Part shown: positions 49,201-61,200 of the stretch, in pieces
Position numbering within the stretch: the first letter of the stretch is position 1
How the letters are laid out: the number at the start of each line of letters is the position of its first letter
Assembly (NCBI RefSeq): GCF_963853765.1
Contig: NC_088857.1
Location: forward strand, 56,730,001 to 56,794,000
DNA from: Magallana gigas
Taxonomy: Eukaryota
DNA length: 64,000 nucleotides
Reading direction: 5' to 3'
Position numbers and translations under genes: made by a program
Notes under the pieces: generated by a model
What the model was told of the DNA's origin: nothing
The model's database searches: none
The model's input: only the letters and a program-made list of their open reading frames with translations

Positions 49201-52200
49201 TGTTTGTGGTTTCAGTAGTGCTCGTAATACTTGCTTCAAGCGTACTACTGCTTTGTGCACCGGTAGTATTCAGGCCAGCAGTGGTAGTCTCACCAGTGGA
49301 CGACTCTGTGCTGCCTGCTGTGTTGGTGGTTGCGTCTGGCACAGAAGTTGAAGACGTGAGTCCAGTGGTGAATGTGCTAGCCTCACTGGTAGCAATTTCA
49401 GCTGTTGTTGTTTTGGAGACTGTAGGTGTTGGGCTTGTGGCCTCAGTAGCGCTCGTAATACTTGCTTCAAGCGTAGTACTGCTTTGTGCACCGGTAGTAT
49501 TCAGGCCAGCAGTGGTAGTCTCGCTGGTAGAGGACTCAGTGTTGCCTATTGTGGTGATGGTAGCGTCTAGCACAGAAGTTGAAGACGTGAGTCCAGTGGT
49601 GAATGTGCTAGCCTCACTTGTAGAACTTTTAGCTGTTGTTGTTTTGGAGACTGTAGGTTTTGTGCTTGTGGCCTCAGTAGTGTTCATGGTACTTGCTTCA
49701 GTTGCAGTACTGCTTTGTTCAGCAGTTGTTGTCTTGCCAGCAATGGTAGTCTCGCTAGTGGGCGACTCCGTGCTACCCTCTGTGGTGGTGGTTGCGACTG
49801 GCACATTAGTTGAAGTTAGTACAGAGGTTGATGTGGATGTACTAGCCTCACTTGTAGTAGTTTCAGTGGTTGTTGTTGTGGCCTCTGTAGCTGTTGTTTT
49901 TGTGGCCTCAGTAGCGTTCGTATTACTTGCTTCAAGCGTAGTACTGCTTTGTGCACCGGTAGTATTCAGGCCAGCAGTGGTAGTCTCACCAGTGGACAAC
50001 TCTGTGCTGCCTGCTGTGTGGGTGGTTGTGTCTGGCCAAGAAGTTGAAGAAGTGAGTCCAGAGGTGAATGTGCTAGCCTCACTTGTAGCAATTTCAGCTG
50101 TTGTTGTTGTGGCAACTGCATCTGTTTGGGCTGTGGCCTCAGTAGTGTTCGTGATACTTGCTTCAGTTGCAGTACTGCTTTGTTCAGCAGTTGTTGTCTT
50201 GCCAGCAATGGTAGTATTGCTAGTGGACGACTCGTTGCTACCCTCTGTGGTGGTGGTTGCATCTGGTACATTAGTTGAAGTGAGTCCAGAGGTTGATGTG
50301 CTAACCTCTTTTGTAGTAGATTCAGTGGTTGTTGTTGTGGCTTCTGTAGCTGTTTTGTTTGTGGTTTCAGTAGTGCTCGTAATACTTGCTTCAAGCGTAG
50401 TACTGCTTTGTGCACCGGTAGTATTCAGGCCAGCAGTGGTAGTCTCACCAGTGGACAACTCTGTGCTGCCTGCTGTGTTGGTGGTTGCGTCTGGCACAGA
50501 AGTTGAAGACGTGAGTCCAGTGGTGAATGTGCTAGCCTCACTGGTAGCAATTTCAGCTGTTGTTGTTTTGGAGACTGTAGGTTTTGTGCTTGTGGCCTCA
50601 GTAGTGTTCATGGTACTTGCTTCAGTTGCAGTACTGCTTTGTTCAGCAGTTGTTGTCTTGCCAGCAATGGTAGTCTCGCTAGTGGGCGACTCCGTGCTAC
50701 CCTCTGTGGTGGTGGTTGCGACTGGCACATTAGTTGAAGTTAGTACAGAGGTTGATGTGGATGTACTAGCCTCACTTGTAGTAGTTTCAGTGGTTGTTGT
50801 TGTGGCCTCTGTAGCTGTTGTTTTTGTGGCCTCAGTAGCGTTCGTATTACTTGCTTCAAGCGTAGTACTGCTTTGTGCACCGGTAGTATTCAGGCCAGCA
50901 GTGGTAGTCTCACCAGTGGACAACTCTGTGCTGCCTGCTGTGTGGGTGGTTGTGTCTGGCCAAGAAGTTGAAGAAGTGAGTCCAGAGGTGAATGTGCTAG
51001 CCTCACTTGTAGCAATTTCAGCTGTTGTTGTTGTGGCAACTGCATCTGTTTGGGCTGTGGCCTCAGTAGTGTTCGTGATACTTGCTTCAGTTGCAGTACT
51101 GCTTTGTTCAGCAGTTGTTGTCTTGCCAGCAATGGTAGTATTGCTAGTGGACGACTCGTTGCTACCCTCTGTGGTGGTGGTTGCATCTGGTACATTAGTT
51201 GAAGTGAGTCCAGAGGTTGATGTGCTAACCTCTTTTGTAGTAGATTCAGTGGTTGTTGTTGTGGCTTCTGTAGCTGTTTTGTTTGTGGTTTCAGTAGTGC
51301 TCGTAATACTTGCTTCAAGCGTAGTACTGCTTTGTGCACCGGTAGTATTCAGGCCAGCAGTGGTAGTCTCACCAGTGGACAACTCTGTGCTGCCTGCTGT
51401 GTTGGTGGTTGCGTCTGGCACAGAAGTTGAAGACGTGAGTCCAGTGGTGAATGTGCTAGCCTCACTGGTAGCAATTTCAGCTGTTGTTGTTTTGGAGACT
51501 GTAGGTGTTGGGCTTGTGGCCTCAGTAGCGCTCGTAATACTTGCTTCAAGCGTAGTACTGCTTTGTGCACCGGTAGTATTCAGGCCAGCAGTGGTAGTCT
51601 CGCTGGTAGAGGACTCAGTGTTGCCTATTGTGGTGATGGTAGCGTCTAGCACAGAAGTTGAAGACGTGAGTCCAGTGGTGAATGTGCTAGCCTCACTTGT
51701 AGAACTTTTAGCTGTTGTTGTTTTGGAGACTGTAGGTTTTGTGCTTGTGGGCTCAGTAGTGTTCGTGGTACTTGCTTCAGTTGCAGTACTGCTTTGTTCA
51801 GCAGTTGTTGTCTTCCCAGCAATGGTAGTCTTGCTAGTGGACGACTCTGTGCTACCCTCTGTGGTGGTGGTTTCGTCTGGCACATTAGTTGAAGTGAGTC
51901 CAGAGGTGGATGTGCTAGCCTCATTTGTAGTAGTTTGAGTGGTTGTTGTTGTGGCTTCTGTAGCTGTTGTGTTTGTGGTTTCAGTACTGCTCGTGGTACT
52001 TGCTTCAGTTGCGGTACTGCTTTGTGCACCAGTAGTATTCAGGCTAGCAGTGGTAATCTCACCAACGGACGACTCTGTGCTGCCTGCTGTGTTGGTGGTT
52101 GCGTCTGGCACAGAAGTTGAAGAAGTGAGTCCAGTGGTGAATGTGCTAGCCTCACTTGTAGCAATTTCAGCTGTTGTTGTTTTGGAGACTGTAGGTGTTG

Positions 52201-55200
52201 GGCTTGTGGCCTCAGTAGCGCTCGTTGTAGTTGCTTCAATTGTAGTAGTGCTTTGTACATTGGTAGGGTGCATGCCAGCAGTAGTAGTCTCACTGGTTGA
52301 GGAATCAGTGTTGCCTATTGTGGTGGTGGTAGCATCTAGCAGAGTAGTTGAAGAAGTGAGTGCAGAGGCGGATGTACTAGCCTCACTTGTATTAGTTTCA
52401 GCTGTTGGTGTTGTGGCGACTGCATCTGTTGGGCTTGTGGCCTCAGTAGTGTTCGTGGTACTTGCTTCAGTTGCAGTACTGCTTTGTTCAGCAGTTGTTG
52501 TCTTGCCAGCAATGGTAGTCTCGCTAGTGGAAGACTCCGTGCTACCCTCTGTGGTGGTGGATGCGACTGGCGGATTAGTTGAAGTGAGTGCAGAGACGGA
52601 TGTGCTAGCCTCAGTTATTGTAGTTTCAGCGGTTGTTGTTGTGGCTTCTGTAGCTGTTGTATTTGTGGTTTCACTAGCGGTCGTAATACTTGCTTCAATC
52701 GTAGTACTGCTTTGTGCACCGATAGTGTTCACGCCAGCAGTGGAAGTCTCACCAGTGGACGACTCTGTGCCGCCTGCTGTGTTGGTGGTTGCGCCTGGCA
52801 CCGAAGTTGAGGAAGTAAGTCCAGTGGTGAATGTGCTAGCCTCACTTGTAACAATTTCAGATGTTGTTGTTGTGGCGACTGCATCTGTTGGGCTTGTGGC
52901 CTCAGTAGTGTTCGTGGTACTTGCTTCAGTTGCAGTACTGCTGTGTTCAGCAGTTGTTGTCTTGCCATCAATGATAGTCTCGCTAGTGGACGACTCTGTG
53001 CTACCCTCTGTGGTGGTGGTTGCGTCTGGCACATTAGTTGAAGTGAGTCCAGAGGTGGATGTGCTAACCTCATTTTTAGAAGTTTCAGCGGTTGTTGTTG
53101 TGGCTTCTGTAGCTGTTGTGTTTGTGGTTTCAGTAGTGCTCGTAATACTTGCTTCAGTTGCGGTACTGCTTTGTGCAGCGGTAGTATTTAGGCCAGCAGT
53201 GATAGTCTCACTAGTGGACGACTCTGTGCTGCCTGCTGTGTTGATGGTTTCGTCTAGCACAGAAGTTGAAGAAGTGAGTCCAGTGGTGAATGTGCTAGCC
53301 TCACTTGTAGAAATTATAGTTGTTATTATTTTGGTGACTGTAGGTGTTGGGCTTGTGGCCTCAGCAGTGTTTGTGGTACTTGCTTCAGTTGCAGTTCTAC
53401 TTTGTTCAGCAGTTGTTGTCTTGCCAGCAATGGTAGTCTCGCTAGTTGGCGACTCCGTTCTACCCTCTGTGGTGGTGGTTGCGACTGGCACATTAGTTGA
53501 AGTGAATACAGAGGTAGATGTGTATGTGCTAGCCTCACTTGTAGTAGTTTCAGTGGTTGTTGTTGTTGCTTCTGTAGCTGTTGTATTTGTGGCCTCAGTA
53601 GCAATCGTAATACTTGCTTCAGTTGCGGTACTGCTTTGTGCACCGGTAGTATTCAGGCCAGTAGTGGTAATCTCACTAGTGGACGACTCTGTGCTGCCTG
53701 CTGTATTGGTGGTTGCGTCTGTCACAGAAGTTGAAGAAGTGAGTCCAGTGGTGAATGTGCTAGCCTCACTTGTAGCAATTTCAGCTGTTGTTGTTTTGGA
53801 GACTGTAGGTGTTAGGCTTGTGACCTCAGTGGTGTTCGTGGTACTTGCTTCAGCTGCAGTACTGCTTTGTTCAGCAGTTGTTGTCTTGCCATCAATGGTA
53901 GTCTCGCTAGTGGACGACTCTGTGCTACCGTCTGTGGTGGTGGATGCGTCTGGCACATTTGTTGAAGTGAGTCCAGATGTGGATGTGCTAAATTCATTTT
54001 TAGAAGTTTCAGTGGTTGTTGTTGTGGCTTCTGTAGCTGTTGTTTTTGTTGTTTCAGTAGTGCTCGTAATACTTGCTTCAGTTGCGGTACTGCTTTGTGC
54101 AGCGGTAGTATTTAGGCCAGCAGTGGTAGTCTCACTAGTGGACGACTCTGTGCTGCCTGCTGTGTTGATGGTTGCGTCTGGCACAGAAGTTGAAGAAATG
54201 AGTCCAGAGGTGAATGTGCTAGCCTCACTTGTAGCAATTTCAGCTGTTGTTGTTGTGGCGACTGCATCTGTTGGGCTTGTGGCCTCAGTAGTGTTTGTGG
54301 TACTTGCTTCAGTTGCAGTACTGCTTTGTTCAGCAGTTGTTGTCTTGCTATCAATGGTAGTCTTGCTAGTGGACAACTCTGTGCTACCCTCTCTGGTGGT
54401 GGTTGCGTCTGGCACATTAGTTGAAGTGGGTGTAGAGGTGGATGTGGTAACCTCATTTGTAGTAGTTTCAGTGGTTGTTGTTATGGCTTCTGTAGCTGTT
54501 GTGTTTGTGGTTTCAGTAGTGCTCGTAATATTTGCTTCAAGCGTAGTACTACTCTGTGCACCGGTAGTATTCAGACCAGCAGTGGTAGTCTCGCTAGTGG
54601 ACGACTCCGTGCTGCCTACTGCGTTGGTGGAGGCGTCTGGCACAGTAGTTGAAGAAGTGAGTCCAGTGGTGGATGTGCTAGCCTCATTTGTTGTACGTTC
54701 AGCTGTTGTTGTTGTGGTATCTGCAGCTGTTGTGCTTGTGGCCTCAGTAGCGCTCGTGGAACTTGCTTCAGTTGTGGTACTGCTTTGTGCACCGGTGGTT
54801 GTCAGGCCAGCAGTGGTAGTCTCGCTAGTGGAAGACTCCGTGCTGCCTACTGTGGTGATGGTTGCGTCTGGCACAGTAGTTGAAGAAGTGATTTCAGAGG
54901 TGGATGCTGTATCGTTTTTTGTTGTTTCGGCTGTTATATGAATGTTTATATAACTTTCTGAATTATCAATATTTAAGGCATGCAAGTAATTGCATTTTTG
55001 CATATACTTGGTTAAAGTTGATAAAAAATATGATAAATTTTGCTTTAAAATAATAATTTGCATGTTTAGTTAATGATTAATATGTTAAAGTTTGATAGCA
55101 ATTGTTGATATCGTTTGTTCAAACCAAATTAAATTTCTATTATATTACTTGGAACGAATTATATTACATTGAATTTATAAGAGATGGCTTGATACTGTGT

Positions 55201-58200
55201 AAGTTTTTTGCACTCGTAAACATTTGATGTTTTCATGTCAATTTGTATATAAATATCAAACATTTTGCCAAATAAATAGTAGATGGCAATGCATTCATGT
55301 CATGAATATTTTAACAAATCAGCAAGCATGTTCACGAAGCTAGCATAGGACTATGGTGTGTCCTAAATACATCTTAGGGTATGTCTTAGTCTTAAGTCTG
55401 TTTCTCGAAGCTCTCCTAAATTTAGGAAACGCCATAACTTTTTCCTAACTTTAAGACATCACTTACCTTGTCCTTGGGGGATATAGTGACTGCTGTGAAG
55501 ATTTTCCTTAAGACCGGTAGAATAAAACAATACTTTCTACAGTTCTAGCATTCCGACAAACCTTAAATTCCTAATCCGGAAAGGGGGGGGGGGGTTCATT
55601 CATTCTATCAAACAAAATTAAGTGGAGAGGGACCTGACAAATTACATATTTTTTCGCAAATATTGTCTTTAGCATATTAAAATTATTTTTGACCTATTTT
55701 GAACATCTTCATTGTATACTGAGTTACATTAATTGTTTTGATTACTTTTAAGTATTCAAATGTCAATGTCAAATGTTATTAGACAAGTAGGTTAAAGGAT
55801 TGACAACTCGATGATTTCTCGAAGTTCACCAGTGTAGGATACACATTTCTACACTATAAATGCATTCAACAAATTTAAGATGACACATAATCAAACATCA
55901 TAGAAGCTTAGAAGTTTAATTGCACATGGAAGATAGGCGTGTACCAACTATTCAACTAATTTCACTTTCTGCTAATAAACTCTGAAATATCAGTGTCTTT
56001 AAAAGAGTTACAAATAAATGCTATGAATTTCTTTAAAACAAAACTTACGTCTGGAGCTTGTAGAGATGTATGCATCCGTCGTTGTCAAAGTATTTGAGAT
56101 TGTAGTTATACTTTCTGTAGAGCTAGCCAAGCTGCGGTCCGTAGAAATAACAGTGGTAAAAACTAAAATCAAAAGACGATAATTCTGTAACGCACGTTGA
56201 TAAGAACATCTTTAAATTAAAGCAGGTTTACATATACAAAATTGAAGTCTATGAATATCTTTTTTTGGATTCACTTTTATATTTACTTCATAGAGAATTT
56301 GCTGTATTGAATTGAACTTTTTTATATTCCGTTATTACAGAAAAAAATATACATGAACTGATTTCAAATTGAATTACATACATGTATATTATGAATAGTT
56401 ATAATAAGTTATCCAAAATCGAACGGCAACTTAATTACCCTAGTATATCTGACCAGTGTCATGCCGATACGTGACTCATTACAATGATATTCCATTCATG
56501 ATTAACATTATTCCCGCATCATGACAAAAATTACAGATAAAATCACGTTTTTTTAGCAAGAAAATAGAAATCAGCAGAAAACGAAGCGATCAAATTTTAA
56601 ACGACCCTTTTTCTATTAAATCAGTTTTGTTCCAAAAAAACAAAAGACCAACGCTAGGGACGTGATAGAGCAGATCTAATATTGAGAGTATCCACGTTAA
56701 CGGATCAATTTTTATTGTTAGGGATGTTTAAGCAAGATAGAATGAAACTTGAAAAATTATTTTTTTTTCCGAATAAAATAGGAATTAATGTGTTCATAAC
56801 ATACATCCAGATAACATGAACGCAATGCAGACCTTTATCAGAAAACCTTGTTATAAATGAGTAACATGGTTTTATGATTGTTCATTTATTTGAAATTGCC
56901 AGACCACTTTTGCATTTCCAGCAGACGTAATTATACATGTGATTTCTACTTAACAGTTTTCGATATGGTTTAATAGTTCTAGATAGATAACAATTATTTT
57001 CTTGTCTTTTAGTGAACGAGATTTTCGCATGAATTTTATATGACAAATAAGCAGAAACTATGTCCAATAACTACCTTTTCTTTGTTTGCAGGAATAATTC
57101 AATAAAACATTAGATTCTTAGACTATTTTTATGTTGGCTAAAGTTTAAACTTGTTTTACACTTCATTTAGCACTCTATGTCGGTAAGAGTAAACTTCAAA
57201 CAAGATTGATTGGAATCTAGGTGATAATTTTTTGGTATATATTAGATCATTCTAAAACGACGTGCTCTTGTGCTGACAAAACCTAGGCAGCATGCCGTCG
57301 CACTACACGACTTCGACAATCCGCCATCACCGTAAAATAACATCGCACAACATGCCATGGTGCTGACACAACTTCGGAAAAGATGCCGTTGCGATAACGA
57401 CACTTCAACAAAAATGTTGGTGCTAAAACAACTTTATATATTGAATTGTCTTGACAACACGTCTTTGCGCTAGCGCGACCTCGATACCATGCCATAGCAG
57501 AAACAAAACTTTACACAACACACCGTCGCTGGGTCAAATTTTTCAAAACAAGCTGTAGCGCAAGCACGACTTCGACATCACGCTATGGTACTGAGACAAC
57601 TTCGCTTAACGCCGTTGAACTAATCCAATTTCAGACTGTCGTCTGTAGACGTTTATGAGTGGTGGGCCTTTGCAGAAATAATTTTAAACACCAAATTTAA
57701 AACGTAAAATTTTTTTAAACATCATAAAAACGGCCTTAAACTTCCCTAATGTTATAAAAGCATCTAAATCAGTTTCCGAGCTTAACCGATACAGCAATCT
57801 ATTATGAATTCATTTCACATATAATTCTATGCAAAAGTATAATATACACATACACTCTGCTGTTGTATTTTTTGCAACTGTTTTACTTGTGGCCTCAGTA
57901 GCGCTTGTGGTACTTGTGTCAGTTAAGGTACTGCTTTGTGCACCGGTGGTTGTCAGGTCAGCAGTGGTAGTCTCGCTAGTGGAAGACTCCGTGCTGCCTA
58001 CTGTGGTGGTGGTTAGGTCTAGCACAGAAGTTGAAGAAGTGAGTCCATAGGTGGATGTGCTAGCCTCACTTGTAGTAGTTTCAGCTGTATTTGTTGTGGT
58101 ATCTGCAGCTGTTGTGCTTGTGGCCTCAGTAGCGCTCGTGGTACTTGCTTCAGTTGTGGTACTGCTTTGTGCACCGGTGGTTGTCAGGCCAGCAGTGGTA

Positions 58201-61200
58201 GTCTCGCTAGTGGACGACTCCGTGCTGCCTACTGTGGTGGTGGTTGCGTCTGGCACAGTAGTTGAAGAAGTGAAACCAGAGGTGGATGTGCTAGCCTCAC
58301 TTGTAGTACTTTCAGCTGTTGTTGTTGTGGTATCTGCAGCTGTTGTGATTGTGGCCTCAGTAGCGCTCGTGTTACTTGCTTCAGTTGTGGTACTGCTTTG
58401 TGCACCGGTGGTTGTCAGGCCAGCAGTGGTAGTCTCGCTAGTGGAAGACTCCGTGCTGCCTACTGTGGTGGTGGTTGCGTCTGGCACATTAGTTGAAGAA
58501 GTGAGTCCAGAGGTGGATGTGCTAGCCTCACTTGTAGTACTTTCAGCTGTTGTTGTTGTGGTATCTGCAGCTGTTGTGCTTGTGATTTCAGTAGCGCTCG
58601 TGGTACTTGCTTCAGTTTTGGTACTGCTTTGTGCACCGGTGGTTGTCAGGCCAGCAGTGGTAGTCTCGCTATTGGAAGACTCCGTGCTGCCTACTGTGGT
58701 GGTGGTTGCGTCTGGCACAGTAGTTGAAGAAGTGAGTCCAGAGGTGGATGTGCTAGCCTCACTTGTAGTACTTTCAGCTGTTGTTGTTGTGGTATCTGCA
58801 GCTGTTGTGCTTGTGGCCTCAGTAGCGCTCGTGGTACTTGCTTCAGTTGTGGTACTGCTTTGTGCACCGGTGGTTGTCAGGCCAGTAGTGGTAGTCTCGC
58901 TAGTGGAAGACTCCGTGCTGCCTACTGTGGTGGTGGTTGCGTCTGGCACAGTAGTTGAAGAAGTGAGTCCAGAGGTGGATGTGCTAGCCTCACTTGTAGT
59001 ACTTTCAGCTGTTGTTGTTGTGGTATCTGCAGCTGTTGTGCTTGTGGCCTCAGTAGCGCTCGTGGTACTTGCTTCAGTTGTGGTACTGCTTTGTGCACCG
59101 GTGGTTGTCAGGCCAGTAGTGGTAGTCTCGCTAGTGGAAGACTCCGTGCTGCCTACTGTGGTGGTGGTTGCGTCTGGCACAGTAGTTGAAGAAGTGAGTC
59201 CAGAGGTGGATGTGCTAGCCTCACTTGTACTACTTTCAGCTGTTGTTGTTGTGGTATCTGCAGCTGTTGTGCCTGTGGCCTCAGTAGCGCTCGTGGTACT
59301 TGCTTCAGTTGTGGTACTGCTTTGTGCAGCGATGGTTGTCAGGCCAGCAGTGGTAGTCTCGCTAGTGGAAGACTCCGTGCTGCCTTCTGTGGTGGTGGTT
59401 GCGTCTGGCACAGTAGTTGAAGAAGTGAGTCCAGAGGTGGATGTGCTAGCCTCACTTGTAGTACTTTCAGCTGTTGTTGTTGTGGTATCTGCAGCTGTTG
59501 TGCTTGTGGCCTCAGTAGCACTCGTGGTACTTGCTTCAGTTGTGGTACTGCTTTGTGCACCGGTGGTTGTCAGGCCAGTAGTGGTAGTCTCGCTAGTGGA
59601 AGACTCCGTGCTGCCTACTGTGGTGGTGGTTGCGTCTGGCACAGTATTTGAAGAAGTGAGTCCATAGGTGGATGTGCTAGCCTCACTTGTAGTAGTTTCA
59701 GCTGTATTTGTTGTGGTATCTGCAGCTGTTGTGCTTGTGGCCTCAGTAGCGCTCGTGGTACTTGCTTCAGTTGTGGTACTGCTTTGTGCACCGGTGGTTG
59801 TCAGGCCAGCAGTGGTAGTCTCGCTAGTGGACGACTCCGTGCTGCCTACTGTGGTGGTGGTTGCGTCTGGCACAGTAGTTGAAGAAGTGAGTCCAGAGGT
59901 GGATGTGCTAGCCTCACTTGTAGTAGTTTCAGCTGTTGTTGTTGTGGTATCTGCAGCTGTTGTGATTGTGGCCTCAGTAGCGCTCGTGTTACTTGCTTCA
60001 GTTGTGGTACTGCTTTGTGCACCGGTGGTTGTCAGGCCAGCAGTGGTAGTCTCGCTAGTGGAAGACTCCGTGCTGCCTACTGTGGTGGTGGTTGCGTCTG
60101 GCACATTAGTTGAAGAAGTGAGTCCAGAGGTGGATGTGCTAGCCTCACTTGTAGTAGTTTCAGCTGTTGTTGTTGTGGTATCTGCAGCTGTTGTGCTTGT
60201 GATTTCAGTAGCGCTCGTGGTACTTGCTTCAGTTGTGGTACTGCTTTGTGCACCGGTGGTTGTCAGGCCAGCAGTGGTAGTCTCGCTAGTGGAAGACTCC
60301 GTGCTGCCTACTGTGGTGGTGGTTGCGTCTGGCACAGTAGTTGAAGAAGTGAGTCCAGAGGTGGATGTGCTAGCCTCACTTGTAGTACTTTCAGCTGTTG
60401 TTGTTGTGGTATCTGCAGCTGTTGTGCTTGTGGCCTCAGTAGCGCTCGTGGTACTTGCTTCAGTTGTGGTACTGCTTTGTGCACCGGTGGTTGTCAGGCC
60501 AGTAGTGGTAGTCTCGCTAGTGGAAGACTCCGTGCTGCCTACTGTGGTGGTGGTTGCGTCTGGCACAGTAGTTGAAGAAGTGAGTCCAGAGGTGGATGTG
60601 CTAGCCTCACTTGTAGTACTTTCAGCTGTTGTTGTTGTGGTATCTGCAGCTGTTGTGCCTGTGGCCTCAGTAGCGCTCGTGGTACTTGCTTCAGTTGTGG
60701 TACTGCTTTGTGCAGCGATGGTTGTAAGGCCAGCAGTGGTAGTCTCGCTAGTGGAAGACTCCGTGCTGCCTACTGTGGTGGTGGTTGCGTCTGGCACAGT
60801 AGTTGAAGAAGTGAGTCCAGAGGTGGATGTGCTAGCCTCACTTGTAGTACTTTCAGCTGTTGTTGTTGTGGTATCTGCAGCTGTTGTGCTTGTGGTCTCA
60901 GTAGCGCTCGTGGTACTTGCTTCAGTTGTGGTACTGGTTTTTGCACCGGTGGTTGTCAGGCCAGCAGTGGTAGTCTCGCTATTGGAAGACTCCGTGCTGC
61001 CTACTGTGGTGGTGGTTGCGTCTGGCACAGTAGTTGAAGAAGTGAGTCCAGAGGTGGATGTGCTAGCCTCACTTGTAGTAGTTTCAGCTGTTGTTGTTGT
61101 GGTATCTGCAGCTGTTGTGATTGTGGCCTCAGTAGCGCTCGTGTTACTTGCTTCAGTTGTGGTACTGCTTTGTGCACCGGTGGTTGTCAGGCCAGCAGTG

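Noticed and set aside
55330-56760. Possible transposon fragments in the intron between the PTS exons
   Set aside because: Some segments look repeat-like, but I could not define termini, TSDs or a coding remnant, so they are not annotated.
40222-59560. Many Gln/Leu/Pro-rich minus-strand ORFs ([10 protein letters not shown]..., MCQSQPPPQ...)
   Set aside because: Alternative-frame readings of the same repeat. They were used only as markers of higher-order duplication.
40053-59667. Plus-strand Val/Ser/Leu-rich ORFs of 3961, 1000 and 538 aa
   Set aside because: Antisense shadows of the Thr/Ser/Ala/Glu repeat, whose reverse complement rarely forms stops. They begin and end with the mucin exons and have no independent features.
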